A stretch of 64,000 nt of DNA from positions 8,864 through 72,863 of the forward strand of contig JBEKHW010000004.1 in the NCBI GenBank assembly GCA_050012075.1, written 5' to 3'. The stretch comes from Candidatus Omnitrophota bacterium (GTDB lineage: Bacteria > Omnitrophota > Gorgyraeia > Gygaellales > Profunditerraquicolaceae). Of this stretch, positions 39,475 to 50,457 are shown piece after piece; within the stretch, counting starts at the first letter, position 1, and each line of letters opens with the position of its first letter. The notes below the pieces were generated by a model. The model made no database searches. It saw nothing but the letters and a program-made list of their open reading frames with translations, and was not told the origin of the DNA. A program made the position numbers and the translations under genes.

Positions 39475-40412
39475 GTAGATTTCTTGTTACCGGAGGAGCT
39501 GGTTTTATAGGCTCACATATCGTAGAAACGCTGGTAGGGAGTGGGGAACAGGTCAGGGTGTTGGATAATTTCACAAGCGGCAAAGAAGAAAATCTTAAAA
39601 GCGTGATAGATAAAATCGAGCTGGTTCGTGCGGATATACGTTCGAAAGAGGACTGTCTCAAGGCGGTAAAGGGCGTTGATTTTGTATTACATCAGGCGGC
39701 GTTAAGAAGTGTACCTAAATCAATGGAAGACCCGTTTTCTTATAATGACGTAAATATCAACGGCACTTTAAATATGCTGCAGGCCTCGGCCGAGAATCAG
39801 GTGGAGCGTTTTGTTTTTGCTTCCTCAAGCTCTGTCTACGGAGAGGTAGAGGATTTTCCCGAGAAGGAGAATTTTGTCCCTTCGCCAATTTCACCTTATG
39901 CCTTAAGTAAATTAGCAGGAGAATATTATTGCAAGATTTTTACCAGGCATTACGGGCTCAAAACAGTTTGCCTGCGCTATTTTAATGTTTTTGGCGAACG
40001 CCAGTCCTTAGATGATGAGTACGCGGTCGTAATACCAAAGTTTATCACCTGTCTATTGAAGAATGAGCCGCCTCCTATTTACGGAACCGGTAAGCAGTCG
40101 CGGGATTTTACTTATGTCGGCAATGTTGTCAAGGCCAATATCCTGGCTACGCATATGCCGCAGGCAGTCGGCGGGGTTTTTAATATCGCATCCGGTAGGG
40201 ATTATACTATACTGGAACTGGTTAAATTCCTGAATAAGATAATGCATAAGGATATAATGCCCGTGTTCTTAAAACTGCGTCCCGGAGATGTTTTTAAAAC
40301 GCACGCGGATTTATCCAGGTCGAAAAAATACCTCGGGTTTAAGCCGTCAGTTGATTTTGTGCAGGGGTTGACATTAACGGCAATATTCTTTAAGGAAAAA
40401 GGAAATTTATGA
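39471..40412 (+). CDS. NAD-dependent nucleotide-sugar epimerase (UDP-GlcNAc/UDP-GlcA 4-epimerase type, extended SDR)
   Basis: GGAGFIGSH and the catalytic YxxxK (YALSK). Confidence 0.75.
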   Translation: MSRFLVTGGAGFIGSHIVETLVGSGEQVRVLDNFTSGKEENLKSVIDKIELVRADIRSKEDCLKAVKGVDFVLHQAALRSVPKSMEDPFSYNDVNINGTLNMLQASAENQVERFVFASSSSVYGEVEDFPEKENFVPSPISPYALSKLAGEYYCKIFTRHYGLKTVCLRYFNVFGERQSLDDEYAVVIPKFITCLLKNEPPPIYGTGKQSRDFTYVGNVVKANILATHMPQAVGGVFNIASGRDYTILELVKFLNKIMHKDIMPVFLKLRPGDVFKTHADLSRSKKYLGFKPSVDFVQGLTLTAIFFKEKGNL

Positions 40413-41347
40413 AGAGAAAAACCGCCGTAATTACAGGTGGCGCCGGCTTCATCGGCTCGCACTTATGCGACCGGCTGATTAAGGAAGGTTTTAAAGTTCT
40501 TTGTCTGGACAATCTTATCACGGGCACCAAAGCCAATATAAAACACCTCCTGCATAACAAATATTTCAGTTTCATAGAGCATAATGTGGCGAAATATATC
40601 AGCGTAAAAGGAAAAGTTGATTATGTATTGCATTTTGCTTCCCCGGCATCTCCGGAAGATTATTTAAAATTTCCGATACAGACGCTTAAGGTGGGCTCAT
40701 TAGGGACACATAACGCCCTGGGGCTTGCCAAAGAGAAAAAAACCAGATTTATAATTGCTTCTACCTCGGAAGTTTACGGAGACCCCGCAGAACATCCGCA
40801 GCCAGAATCATACTGGGGGAACGTAAACCCTGTGGGGGTGCGTGGCTGTTATGACGAGGCAAAGCGTTTTGCCGAAGCCATGACCATGGCCTATCACAGG
40901 GTGCACAAAATAAACACGAAGATAATAAGGATTTTTAATACCTATGGCCCGAGGATGAGGATTAACGATGGAAGAGTGGTGCCGAATTTTATTTACCAGG
41001 TTATTAATAACAAACCTATTACTGTATACGGGACAGGCAGGCAGACCAGGAGTTTCTGTTATGTTGATGATTTGGTGGAGGGGATATTCAGGTTAATGAA
41101 CGCAAACACCAATGAGCCGGTTAATTTAGGTAACCCCACGGAATTTACCATTTTAGAAGTTGCCCGACTTCTGATTAAATTAACAGGTTCAAAAAGCAGG
41201 ATTATCTTTAAACCGCTTCCGCAGGACGACCCCAAGCAACGCTGCCCTGATATAGGCAGGGCAAAAAGGCTGCTTAAATGGCAGCCAAAAGTAACCCTCC
41301 GGCAAGGCCTGATAAGGACCATACCCTATTTCAAGAGGACGATTTAA
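40409..41347 (+). CDS. UDP-glucuronate decarboxylase (UDP-xylose synthase / ArnA C-domain-like SDR)
   Basis: GGAGFIGSH, the conserved TSEVYGDP and YDEAKR motifs of UXS/ArnA decarboxylases. Confidence 0.75.
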   Translation: MKRKTAVITGGAGFIGSHLCDRLIKEGFKVLCLDNLITGTKANIKHLLHNKYFSFIEHNVAKYISVKGKVDYVLHFASPASPEDYLKFPIQTLKVGSLGTHNALGLAKEKKTRFIIASTSEVYGDPAEHPQPESYWGNVNPVGVRGCYDEAKRFAEAMTMAYHRVHKINTKIIRIFNTYGPRMRINDGRVVPNFIYQVINNKPITVYGTGRQTRSFCYVDDLVEGIFRLMNANTNEPVNLGNPTEFTILEVARLLIKLTGSKSRIIFKPLPQDDPKQRCPDIGRAKRLLKWQPKVTLRQGLIRTIPYFKRTI

Positions 41348-41367
41348 CCCCAGAGAAAGCGCTTTCC

Positions 41368-41396
41368 TTGACAAAGCATTCTTTATGTGTTATACT
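41368..41396 (+). promoter_or_regulatory. Putative sigma70 promoter (TTGACA-17-TATACT)
   Basis: Read directly, upstream of cvpA. Confidence 0.4.
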
Positions 41397-41442
41397 TGAA
41401 AAAACTTCTTAACTCCAAGCGATTCAGAACGTTAAAAGAAAT

Positions 41443-42021
41443 ATGCTGAAGGATTTATTGCTTAAAATCAACTGGGTTGACCTGCTTATTTTATTCACCC
41501 TATTAAGGGTGTTTTATGCCGGCTTGACTCAAGGGTTCTACAATGAGATCTTTAAACTGATAGGGGTCACTGTCGCAATATACATTTCCCTGCATTATTT
41601 CACTCCTCTTTCAGATTTACTGAAAAAACAGTTTGCGGTAAAAACAGTGCCTATTGAGTTCCTGGATTTTGTGTGTTTCCTGTTTTTGGTTATTATCGGT
41701 TATTACATTGTTACGCTGGTGCGTATGGTGTTTGACCGTTTCGTAAAAGTCGAAGCAGTCCCCGCATTAAGCAAGTGGGGCGGCCTTATTATCAGTATCG
41801 GTAGAGGGTTCTTATTGACAAGCCTTATTGTTTTTTGTCTTACAATCTCAGGTTTCAGTTATTTTAAGAAAAGCGTCGCCACTTCATTTACAGGCAGGGA
41901 GATATTCAGGATTGCCCCCACAACATATCAATGGATTTGGAACCATATTACCTCCAGGTTTATGCCGTTAGAAAAAATAAACGAGACCATCCCCGAGATA
42001 GAGGCATCTCTTAACAAATGA
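41443..42021 (+). CDS. cvpA: CvpA-family membrane protein (colicin V production protein-like)
   Basis: 192 aa, 4 TM helices, N-terminus typical of CvpA. Confidence 0.6.
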   Translation: MLKDLLLKINWVDLLILFTLLRVFYAGLTQGFYNEIFKLIGVTVAIYISLHYFTPLSDLLKKQFAVKTVPIEFLDFVCFLFLVIIGYYIVTLVRMVFDRFVKVEAVPALSKWGGLIISIGRGFLLTSLIVFCLTISGFSYFKKSVATSFTGREIFRIAPTTYQWIWNHITSRFMPLEKINETIPEIEASLNK

Positions 42022-42896
42022 AGTTATCGTATCTTTATCAACAGGCGGTAAAGCTGGGCGCCCAGTGCGATCCCCGGCAGCAGAAAAATAAGATATCTTC
42101 TTATGCCGATACCGCAATACTTAACGGAAACCCCGATAGCCGGATAAAAAGAGTCCTTGTCGGAATAGACATAGAAGTTGCGGAGTTGCTATTGGCAGAC
42201 AGGATCCGTTCCCGCGAGGGCCTAGACCTGGTTATTTCCCATCATCCCGAAGGGAGGGCTTACGCGTCTTTATACAAAGTTATGCAGTTACAGGTTGATG
42301 TGTTGAAAAAAGCCGGGATTCCTGTAGCTGTGGCGCAGAAATTCCTGGACGAGAGAATGGAGGAGGTTTCCAGGAGAGTTATGCCCGCTAATCATACCAG
42401 GCCCGTAGATGCGGCTCGTCTTCTGGGTATACCCTTTATGTGCGTGCATACGCCCGCAGATAACCATGTGTTCTATTTTATTCAACAGTTATTAAAGAAG
42501 GTAAAACCAAGAAAAGTCGCTGGTGTTGTAGATATGCTCCTTAAAATACCGGAATATAAAGAAGCGGCAGGCCAGGCAAGCGGGCCGCGGATTATCCTGG
42601 GTAGCCCCGGTAGGCAAACTGGTAAAATCTTGGTTGAGATGACCGGCGGCACGGAAGGCCCGAAGGATATTTTTGACAAGTTGTATAAAGCAGGCATAAG
42701 GACAATCGTCGGTATGCATTTGAGCGAAGAGCATTTTAAGAAAGTTAAAGACATAAATCTCAGTGTAGTTATCGCAGGGCACATATCTTCCGATACGCTT
42801 GGGCTAAATCTACTTCTAGACCGGATAGAAAAACAGGCTAACGAAAGATTAGAAGTAATCAGCTGTTCCGGGTTTAAGAGAATAAGCAGAAACTAA
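42018..42896 (+). CDS. Nif3-family dinuclear-metal-centre protein (YqfO/YbgI-like)
   Basis: DLVISHHP, HTPADNH and AGH motifs correspond to Nif3 metal-binding blocks. Confidence 0.55.
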   Translation: MKLSYLYQQAVKLGAQCDPRQQKNKISSYADTAILNGNPDSRIKRVLVGIDIEVAELLLADRIRSREGLDLVISHHPEGRAYASLYKVMQLQVDVLKKAGIPVAVAQKFLDERMEEVSRRVMPANHTRPVDAARLLGIPFMCVHTPADNHVFYFIQQLLKKVKPRKVAGVVDMLLKIPEYKEAAGQASGPRIILGSPGRQTGKILVEMTGGTEGPKDIFDKLYKAGIRTIVGMHLSEEHFKKVKDINLSVVIAGHISSDTLGLNLLLDRIEKQANERLEVISCSGFKRISRN

Positions 42897-42916
42897 ATAA
42901 TTTATAATAAATAGAG

Positions 42917-44689
42917 ATGCAGACACGCATACCAGAGACACTTTTAGAGGATATATTAAGCCGTGTGGATATTGTCGAGGTGGTTTCCGGTTTTATACCC
43001 CTTAAGCGGGCAGGAAGGAATTTCAAGGCGCATTGCCCTTTCCACCACGAGAAAACCCCATCTTTCATGGTTTCTCCCGACCGCCAGATTTACCATTGTT
43101 TCGGCTGCGGAGAATCAGGGAATGCCTTCAAATTCCTTATGCGCTATGAACGGCTGGATTTTTTGGAAGCGGTGGAATACCTGGCAAAAAAATCAGGGGT
43201 AATTTTACCCAGGCGCCAAGCTAGCGACCAAAAGACAGTCGGCTTTACGACACAGCTTTACAAGATAAATGAATTGGCCGCTATCTTTTATGAAGAGACA
43301 CTGAATTCAACGCAGGGAAAACTAGCAAAAGAATATCTTTTTAAAAGAGGGATTGATGAAAATTCTATAAAGATATTCAAGCTTGGCCTTGCGCCCGATA
43401 GATGGGATGGGTTGATTTCTTATCTTCGGCAGAAGAATATAAGCCTTGCGTTCCTGGAAAAGGCAGGGCTTATCCTTTCTAAGGACGGAGGCGGGTTTTA
43501 CGACCGGTTCCGTAACCGCCTTATGATTCCTATCCTTGATATCAAAAACCGCGTGCTGGGGTTTGGCGCAAGAGTCCTTGATGATACCCTGCCCAAATAC
43601 ATTAATTCTCCGGAGACCCCGGTTTACACCAAGGGCAGGCATCTTTACGGTTTAAATTTCGCAAAAGACGGTATCCGGCAAGAAGATTGCGTGGTAGTGG
43701 TAGAAGGATACCTCGATTTTCTTGTTCCCTTTCAGGCCGGCCTGAAAAATATAGTTGCATCTTTGGGTACGGCACTTACACTAGAGCAGGTAAGGCTTAT
43801 AAAGCGGTATACGCACAACGTGATTATGATTTATGACCCTGATGTAGCAGGAGAGATTGCTACTCTGCGAAGCCTCGATATATTCGTGGAGGAAGAAATG
43901 AATGTAAGGGTAGTTACTCTTCCCAAGGGTTTTGATCCTGATTCGCTTGTCCGTAAAGACGGCATAGAGGCCCTTCGCGAGAAAATTAAGAACGCCCAGG
44001 GGATTTTTGATTATAAACTAGGCATACTTAAAAGCCGTAACGGCTCCGAAGACGCGGAGGGCAAGGCAAAGATATCATCGGGAATGCTTGAGACAATCGT
44101 TAAATTCAAGAACGAAATCCTTAAATCCGAATATATCAAGCGCCTGGCGCAGGAGCTGGATGTCAGGGAGGACGCGCTGTTACATGAGTCCAGGAAGATA
44201 AATACGGCAAAGTTGCCTTATTCGCAAGAAGGCCCTGTGGCCGCAAAGAAGGCGTTGGCTATAAACCCGACCGAAAAGCTGCTCCTTAAGCTTATGCTTG
44301 AGGAAACGGAACTGGTCGTCCAACTGCGCGATAGTATTACACCGGCTGATTTCTACAATGAGAAGGTATCGCGTATTGTCTCTGTCATGTTCGACCTGGT
44401 GTCGCAGGGCAAAGGTATAGAGCCGCGCCTGCTTATGGAGCATTTAGGCGACGATGACATCTCTGAAATCATCTGCGAATCCGCTTTTCTGCCGGAAGAT
44501 TTATCCGGGCAACAGAAGGAGCGGGTAGTCAGCGATTGTGTCCAGCGCCTAAAAAAAGAGAAAATAAAATTACGCAGGCAACATTTGCATGACCAGATAA
44601 AAACAGCCCAGGATTCAGGGGATGATGAACGATTGAGCCAGTTGATGGGCGAATTCCATTCTTTAATTAAAAAAGGGAGCCAGGTATGA
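42917..44689 (+). CDS. dnaG: DNA primase DnaG
   Basis: CHC2 zinc finger [11 protein letters not shown]...CFGCGESG, a TOPRIM domain, and a C-terminal helical domain. Confidence 0.9.
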   Translation: MQTRIPETLLEDILSRVDIVEVVSGFIPLKRAGRNFKAHCPFHHEKTPSFMVSPDRQIYHCFGCGESGNAFKFLMRYERLDFLEAVEYLAKKSGVILPRRQASDQKTVGFTTQLYKINELAAIFYEETLNSTQGKLAKEYLFKRGIDENSIKIFKLGLAPDRWDGLISYLRQKNISLAFLEKAGLILSKDGGGFYDRFRNRLMIPILDIKNRVLGFGARVLDDTLPKYINSPETPVYTKGRHLYGLNFAKDGIRQEDCVVVVEGYLDFLVPFQAGLKNIVASLGTALTLEQVRLIKRYTHNVIMIYDPDVAGEIATLRSLDIFVEEEMNVRVVTLPKGFDPDSLVRKDGIEALREKIKNAQGIFDYKLGILKSRNGSEDAEGKAKISSGMLETIVKFKNEILKSEYIKRLAQELDVREDALLHESRKINTAKLPYSQEGPVAAKKALAINPTEKLLLKLMLEETELVVQLRDSITPADFYNEKVSRIVSVMFDLVSQGKGIEPRLLMEHLGDDDISEIICESAFLPEDLSGQQKERVVSDCVQRLKKEKIKLRRQHLHDQIKTAQDSGDDERLSQLMGEFHSLIKKGSQV

Positions 44690-46227
44690 AAAAGAAAGAA
44701 AAAGAATATGTAAGCAAGGATATGGAGAAAATTATTGCCTTGGGCAGGCAAAAAGGGTTCCTTACTTATGATGAAGTAAACGACCTCTTGCCCGAGGATA
44801 TATCCTCTTCAGAAGAGATTGACCGTTTATTTGAGATACTCGGGAACGAAGATATTGAACTTGTGGAAAATGAAGAAGAGAAGATGGCCGAGAAAGAGGC
44901 GCAGGCAGCAGCAAAAGAGGATGCTTTAAACGAACAGCTTAAAGCAGAAGAGCGGTTCTTGCCTTTGGATGATCCCGTTAAGATGTACCTTAAGCAGATG
45001 GGCTCTATTGCCCTTCTTTCGCGCGAGAATGAGATAGAGCTGGCTAAGAAGATAGAATACGCGGAAGGAAAATTTAAACTTGCGGCGCTGGATACGAAAT
45101 TTATCCGCCGGCATGTTTTATCCGTTGCAGTTGGGATTATAGAGGGCAGGGTAAATTTAGACGAGATGGTGAAAGAGGATATCAAGGCCAAAAAAGGCAG
45201 TTCCCTTTCCAGGATAAAAAGGATAGTTAAACGCCTCAAGTATGTGCGCGGGGTAGGCGAGACAATTAAACTGCTGTTGCAGTTTAATTTCACGACTTCT
45301 GTTATAGAGAACGCGGCATTGCGCCTGAGCGCGTTGCTTAGAGAAATAGATAACTTAAGCCGTACGGGAAGATCAAGGAACAGGGCGCACAAACGCATGC
45401 TTTTAAGGCAGCTCGGAGAGCCGCCTCAGAAGATAAAAGAAAAGATCAAGCTCATTAAATTAGCGCATCTTAGATTTAACCGGACGAAGAAGAAGTTGGT
45501 AGAGGCAAACCTGCGTTTAGTGGTAAGCATTGCCAAGAAATATACCAACAGGGGGCTTTCTTTCCTTGATTTAATCCAGGAGGGTAACATAGGCCTTATG
45601 CGGGCAGTGGAAAAGTTTGAATATAAGAGAGGGTATAAATTTTCCACTTACGCTACCTGGTGGATACGTCAGGCTATTACCCGCTCAATCGCCGACCAGG
45701 CGCGCACTATCAGGATTCCCGTTCATATGACAGAGACGATAAACAAAATAATCAGGTTCTCCCGCATATTCGTTCAGCAGAATGGCAGAGAACCCGTGCC
45801 TGAAGAGATAGCGCAGAAGATGCGGCTGCCGCAGGATAAAGTCAAGACCATACTAAAAATTGCCCAAGAGCCGATATCTTTGCAGATGCCAATAGGAGAT
45901 GAAGGGGATACTCATTTCGGCGATTTTATACAGGATAAAAAAGCAGTTTCTCCGGCAAATGAAACAGTCCGGGTTATGCTCAAAGAGGAGATGAATTCCG
46001 CCCTCAGCACCCTGACCGAAAGGGAGAAGAAGATTTTGATCTTAAGGTTCGGGGTCAATGACGGTTGCCCCAGAACACTGGAAGAAGTGGGGAATATTTT
46101 CAGGGTAACCCGCGAAAGAGTCAGGCAAATAGAGGCAAAGGCCTTAAAGAAGCTCCGCCATCCTACGCGTTCAAGGCGGCTGCGCACTTTTCTGGATATG
46201 ACGCTTGCGCACCAGCGGGAGTATTAA
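44686..46227 (+). CDS. rpoD: RNA polymerase sigma factor RpoD (sigma-70)
   Basis: Region 2 has [18 protein letters not shown]...[10 protein letters not shown]. Region 4 has [15 protein letters not shown]. Confidence 0.9.
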   Translation: MKKKEKEYVSKDMEKIIALGRQKGFLTYDEVNDLLPEDISSSEEIDRLFEILGNEDIELVENEEEKMAEKEAQAAAKEDALNEQLKAEERFLPLDDPVKMYLKQMGSIALLSRENEIELAKKIEYAEGKFKLAALDTKFIRRHVLSVAVGIIEGRVNLDEMVKEDIKAKKGSSLSRIKRIVKRLKYVRGVGETIKLLLQFNFTTSVIENAALRLSALLREIDNLSRTGRSRNRAHKRMLLRQLGEPPQKIKEKIKLIKLAHLRFNRTKKKLVEANLRLVVSIAKKYTNRGLSFLDLIQEGNIGLMRAVEKFEYKRGYKFSTYATWWIRQAITRSIADQARTIRIPVHMTETINKIIRFSRIFVQQNGREPVPEEIAQKMRLPQDKVKTILKIAQEPISLQMPIGDEGDTHFGDFIQDKKAVSPANETVRVMLKEEMNSALSTLTEREKKILILRFGVNDGCPRTLEEVGNIFRVTRERVRQIEAKALKKLRHPTRSRRLRTFLDMTLAHQREY

Positions 46228-46233
46228 ACGGCA

Positions 46234-48543
46234 ATGGATATCAGTAAAGAAAAAGAAGAAAAATTAAACGAGAAAATAAGTTCTCTACAGTCCCGCATAG
46301 CGGAGTTGGAAGGCTTGCGGGAAAAGCACAAGCAGATAGAGGAAAAGCTGAAAGAGAGCCGCGCTGAGTTAGAGATACGGGTTAAAGTAAGGACATCGGA
46401 ACTTGCCAAGGCGAATGAGGAACTCCGCAAAGAAATCTCTGAGCGCCGTATGGCGGTAGAGAAATTGGCCAAGATAAACCAGTGTTTCTTGAATTTTATG
46501 CCGGATGCCAGGCAGAATATCAACAGCCTTACCTGCCTTTGCGGAGAGATGCTCAATGCGGATTGCGCTTTATACAACCACCTTGAAGAAAAAAATTTAT
46601 TATGTTCTTTGGGGCAATGGCAGGTGCCTGTGGATTATAAAGCCTTGGACAATGCAAAGGGGCATATCTGTTTTGACGTGATTAACCAGGCTAAAGATGA
46701 GGTTATGGTTATACGTAACCTTAAAGAGAGTAAATACTTCGAGAGTGACCCCAATGTGAAGGCGTACGGACTTAAGACTTATCTCGGTTATCCCGTTAAG
46801 AATTACGATGGCCTTTATATCGGCTCTTTGTGCCTGGTATACAAGAGGGATTTTGCTCCTACCGAAGATGATAAGAAGATAATCAAAACTATCGCCACTG
46901 CTATCAGTACAGAAGAGAGCCGCAGGGAATTAAAGGAAAGATTGATCAATTCAGAAGAGCAGTACCGTCTGGCGATTGATTCCATGCCTAATCCCATTCA
47001 TATCGTCGACAAAAGATTGAATATTGTTTTGTTTAACAAGGCGTTCAAGGGGCTTAATACCCGCCTGGGCCTTGAGGAAAACGTAATCGGCAAGAATATC
47101 TTCGAAGTTTTTACTTTCCTGCCAAAGACGGTTAAGGAAGAGTATGATAAGGTATTCCATACAGGCGAGCCACTGATTACTGAGGAACAGACCAGGATAG
47201 GCCGCGAGGCATTCTTTACCGAAACAAGCAAGATCCCGGTTTTTAATAAAGAAGAGGTCGAAGAGATAATCACGGTAATGAGGGATATCACTGAAAGAAA
47301 GGCGACAGAAAAAGAGAGGGAGCGGTTAAATAAGGAATTGCTCAAGACCAACACCGAATTAAAACAGCTCTGCCTTATGGATTACGATACGGGCCTTTAC
47401 AATCACAGGTATTTAAAAGATGCTATAGAGGCGGAGTTCGACCGCAGCCGCAGGTACGCGCACCCCTTATCTATAATCATGCTGGATATCGATTATTTTA
47501 AGTCGATAAACGAGGTGTATGGCCTTGCCTTCGGCGACCTGGTTTTAAAGCAGTTGGCCCAGGAGATAAAAAGGATGGTGCGCAGGTACGATATAGTTGT
47601 CCGTTTCGCGGGAGAGGAATTCGTGATTATTTCTCCCGGCATAGATAGGACACAGGGTGTTCTCCTTGCGCAGCGGCTCCTGGATGCCCTTAATCTCTGC
47701 ACCTTCGGAAATAAAAAACAGAGCGTTAAACTTAAACTGAGCGTTGCGGTTTCCTCGTATCCTGAAGATAAGGCGCTCAAAGCCATGGACTTGGTCAGCC
47801 TCGTAGAACATTTATTGACGGAAGTCAAGGAGGCTGGCGGCAACCGTGTTTATTCGTCCCTGGAATCAAAAAAGATAAAGAACGCGCCTGTTTCTTCCAA
47901 GAACCATATAGGCGGTATCCATATGTTAAGGAATAAATTAGACCGCCTTACTAGAAGAGCGAATCAGAGCCTGGCCGAAGCAATATTTGCTTTCGCGAAA
48001 ACCATAGAGGTCAAAGACCATTACACCGGAGAACATGTGGAAAGAACGGTGTATTACGCCACGGAGATTGCTAAAGAGATGGGGTTGCCGGAAGACGAAA
48101 AAAATCTTATCAAGCAAGCGGCAATGCTTCATGATCTTGGCAAGATCGGAATAAGCGAGGCGATTCTCAACAAGAAATCTAAATTGACGCCGAAAGAATT
48201 TACTGAAATCAAGAAGCATCCGCAAATAGGCGCTGATATAATAAGGCCGATACACTTTTTGCACAGCATCATCCCTTTTATGCTCTATCATCATGAGAGA
48301 TGGGACGGGAAAGGTTATCCCATGGGTTTAAAGGGGGAGGAGATTCCGACAGGGGCAAGGGTTATCGCGCTTGCAGACGTTTATCAGGCCGTAACCAGCG
48401 AACGCCCATACCGCAAGGCATTCCCTAAGAGAGAAGCAATAAAGATTGTCAAAGATGGCGCGGGAACGCAATTTGATCCCAAGGTAGTTGCGGCGTTCCT
48501 GCAGGTTCTAAAGAAAGAAAAGCACTTATCAAGCAAAAGATAA
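46234..48543 (+). CDS. Multidomain c-di-GMP signalling protein: coiled-coil, GAF/PAS sensors, GGDEF (RFAGEEF) and HD-GYP phosphodiesterase
   Basis: GGDEF signature in the middle. The C-terminus has HD...HDLGK and HHERWDGKGYP (HD-GYP). Confidence 0.8.
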   Translation: MDISKEKEEKLNEKISSLQSRIAELEGLREKHKQIEEKLKESRAELEIRVKVRTSELAKANEELRKEISERRMAVEKLAKINQCFLNFMPDARQNINSLTCLCGEMLNADCALYNHLEEKNLLCSLGQWQVPVDYKALDNAKGHICFDVINQAKDEVMVIRNLKESKYFESDPNVKAYGLKTYLGYPVKNYDGLYIGSLCLVYKRDFAPTEDDKKIIKTIATAISTEESRRELKERLINSEEQYRLAIDSMPNPIHIVDKRLNIVLFNKAFKGLNTRLGLEENVIGKNIFEVFTFLPKTVKEEYDKVFHTGEPLITEEQTRIGREAFFTETSKIPVFNKEEVEEIITVMRDITERKATEKERERLNKELLKTNTELKQLCLMDYDTGLYNHRYLKDAIEAEFDRSRRYAHPLSIIMLDIDYFKSINEVYGLAFGDLVLKQLAQEIKRMVRRYDIVVRFAGEEFVIISPGIDRTQGVLLAQRLLDALNLCTFGNKKQSVKLKLSVAVSSYPEDKALKAMDLVSLVEHLLTEVKEAGGNRVYSSLESKKIKNAPVSSKNHIGGIHMLRNKLDRLTRRANQSLAEAIFAFAKTIEVKDHYTGEHVERTVYYATEIAKEMGLPEDEKNLIKQAAMLHDLGKIGISEAILNKKSKLTPKEFTEIKKHPQIGADIIRPIHFLHSIIPFMLYHHERWDGKGYPMGLKGEEIPTGARVIALADVYQAVTSERPYRKAFPKREAIKIVKDGAGTQFDPKVVAAFLQVLKKEKHLSSKR

Positions 48544-48544
48544 G

Positions 48545-49297
48545 ATGAAGAAATTCCGAGAAAAATTGCTTAGGTCAAATAAAATATTGCTGGTCGACGA
48601 TGACTCTATATTCCGGAATGAATTCAGGGAGTGTTTCCAGGAGTACGGCGTCATTGACGCTCCAGGAGGAGAAGAGGCGATTAGTATCCTAAAGAAACCG
48701 AACGAAATTGACCTGGTAATCTTAGATGTCAGGATGTCCGGCTTAAACGGTATCGAAGTTTTAAACCAGATAAGAAAGCTAAGCCCGGGTTTAAGGATTG
48801 TTATCCTGACCGGCTATGGCTCAAAAGATGTGGCGGTTGAAGCGCTTCGGGGACAGGCAGACGATTACATAGAAAAGCCCCTGGAGATTGAAAGCGCAAG
48901 GCAGATCATTGAGAAATTCGTAGGGACAAAGCGCGGCGAACCTGGCTTCGACGCGATCGGCATCAAAGAGAAGATTGAACGCGTAAAAAACTTTGCCCGC
49001 AGGAATGCCTTAAAAAAGATTTCCCTAAAAGATGCCGCCCAAACCATATTTTTGAGCCCGAAATACTTAAGCAGGATTTTTAAGGAACATACGGGAAAAG
49101 GGTTCAACGAATATAAATTGACGCTTAAAATTGAAGAAGCAAAGAACCTTTTGATGAAAACCGGATATAACGTTGAGCAGATTTCAGATAAACTGGGATA
49201 CCAAAACCCGGAGTCATTTATCCGGCAATTCAAGAAGATTACCAAGAAGACCCCCGCTGAATTCCGCATTAAATCAAAGCGCAAGAAGCGTAAATAG
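48545..49297 (+). CDS. Response regulator with CheY-like receiver and AraC-type HTH output
   Basis: Receiver motifs LLVDDD...LDVRMSG...LTGYG. C-terminal AraC HTH. Confidence 0.75.
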   Translation: MKKFREKLLRSNKILLVDDDSIFRNEFRECFQEYGVIDAPGGEEAISILKKPNEIDLVILDVRMSGLNGIEVLNQIRKLSPGLRIVILTGYGSKDVAVEALRGQADDYIEKPLEIESARQIIEKFVGTKRGEPGFDAIGIKEKIERVKNFARRNALKKISLKDAAQTIFLSPKYLSRIFKEHTGKGFNEYKLTLKIEEAKNLLMKTGYNVEQISDKLGYQNPESFIRQFKKITKKTPAEFRIKSKRKKRK

Positions 49298-49379
49298 CGC
49301 CCTATTAATAAGCCCGCATTCAATTGGCTCCCTAACCTGTCCAGGTGGAAAAAAGTCCATAAAAAAGTTAATATGCATA

Positions 49380-49407
49380 TTGACTTTTTTTGTTTCCTTA
49401 GTAATAT
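49380..49407 (+). promoter_or_regulatory. Putative sigma70 promoter (TTGACT-16-TAATAT) driving the leader element and DUF2934 gene
   Basis: Read directly, about 40 nt upstream of leader repeat copy 1. Confidence 0.35.
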
Positions 49408-49447
49408 GGATACAGGTATTCAATGCCCACAAGATACGAATGAAATT

Positions 49448-49597
49448 AAGCGCCGCGCATAGCGCGGAGTAAACAAGCGCTAGACACCTAGCATAGCTAG
49501 GTGTGATTTTGGCATAAGCAACCCCCTCCGCAGAGCCTGAGGGCGATTTAGCCGTAAACGCCAAAGGCACGGCTAAATCGAGAGGTATGCTAAAATC
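49448..49597 (+). promoter_or_regulatory. Structured 5'-leader RNA repeat, copy 1 (candidate cis-regulatory RNA/riboswitch)
   Basis: About 90% identical to 50245-50419. Contains multiple hairpins (CCGCGCatagGCGCGG, ACACCTAGCataGCTAGGTGT, ATTTAGCCGT-N13-ACGGCTAAAT, outer GGCATA...TATGCT) and the stretch CCCCCUCC, which is complementary to the downstream SD. Confidence 0.4.
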
Positions 49598-49645
49598 AAG
49601 GCACGTTGAAATCAAGGCAGCGCCTGTTTAAAAGGAGGAGAAAAG

Positions 49646-49819
49646 ATGGCAAGGATGAATACGCAGGATTCTTCTAAGTTAACGCCAGAGAAGATCCATT
49701 CCCTGATACAGAAAAGAGCGCAGGAAATTTGCATGAAGAGGGGTTGCGCTCCCGGAAATGACTGGAAGGATTGGTTTGAGGCGGAGAAACAGATAAAACG
49801 CGAATTAAGATTAAAGTAA
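49646..49819 (+). CDS. DUF2934-family small protein (57 aa; not in the ORF track)
   Basis: SD AAGGAGGAG then ATG. IQKRAQEICMKRGCAPGNDWKDWFEAEKQI matches the DUF2934 pattern (R-A-Y-E-x-W...G...D-W-x-x-A-E). Confidence 0.6.
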   Translation: MARMNTQDSSKLTPEKIHSLIQKRAQEICMKRGCAPGNDWKDWFEAEKQIKRELRLK

Positions 49820-50118
49820 GAATATAGAGATAATAGTAATACACGCAAGATATCAGATATAAAAGATAAAATTGGTCCGCGCATGGATGCGGCTTTGGTA
49901 TTTCTTTATGTGAGCGTCCGTCTGCCTTATGCCTTTTAAAGATCCTTTCTCAATAGTCTCTCATTTTACCTCCTAAAAATAGAGTAGAAATAAGTCAATA
50001 AAAAGCGCAATCTAACCATAAACTTTTTTTGCATGATCAGTATAATAAGAAATAACATAGTATCCGCTTAACCCGTTAGAGATTATTCATAGGATAGAAG
50101 AAACATTGGCATGACAAA

Positions 50119-50146
50119 GTTGACAGGATACAAAGAAGAGCTACAA
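50119..50146 (+). promoter_or_regulatory. Putative sigma70 promoter (TTGACA-16-TACAAT) driving the leader element and superoxide reductase gene
   Basis: Read directly, about 100 nt upstream of leader repeat copy 2. Confidence 0.35.
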
Positions 50147-50244
50147 TACGAGTTTGAAACTATCGAGCATGAAATCCGCCACATAATCATTGATGAGCAG
50201 GAACACGTGGCTGAGCTCGAGGTTATTTTAGGATGAAGCGAACT

Positions 50245-50419
50245 AGCGCCGCGCATAGCGCAGAACCAGCTCCGCACACAGTGCGGAGTAAAATAAGCCA
50301 TAGACACCTAGCATAGCTCGGTGTGATTTCGGCATAAGCAACCCCCTCCGCAGAGCTTGAGGGCGATTTAGCCGTAAACGCCAAAGGCACGGCTAAATCG
50401 AGAGGTATGCCAAAATCAA
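50245..50419 (+). promoter_or_regulatory. Structured 5'-leader RNA repeat, copy 2 (contains an extra 23-nt hairpin insert CTCCGCACacagTGCGGAG)
   Basis: Aligns with 49448-49597. The downstream SD AGGGAGG is complementary to the internal CCCUCC. Confidence 0.4.
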
Positions 50420-50457
50420 CGCCAGAGGCATGGCTTATTTTAAAGGGAGGTATACCA

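Noticed and set aside
49274-49615. Minus-strand ORFs 49274-49615 (113 aa) and 50223-50471 (82 aa) sharing the peptide IPLDLAVPLAFTAKSPS.SAEGVAYA.ITPSYARCL
   Set aside because: They exist only because they overlap the duplicated leader RNA element. All three nucleotide differences between the copies are non-synonymous in this frame. The ORFs diverge completely outside the repeat, and they are antisense to a promoter-leader-gene arrangement. I treat them as artifacts.
50111-50236. 41-codon ORF (MTKLTGYKEELQYEFETIEHEIRHIIIDEQEHVAELEVILG) upstream of the SOR leader
   Set aside because: Its first codons overlap the predicted -35 hexamer of the promoter that would drive the leader. There is no SD and no homology I can recognise. 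It cannot be excluded as a leader peptide but is unsupported.
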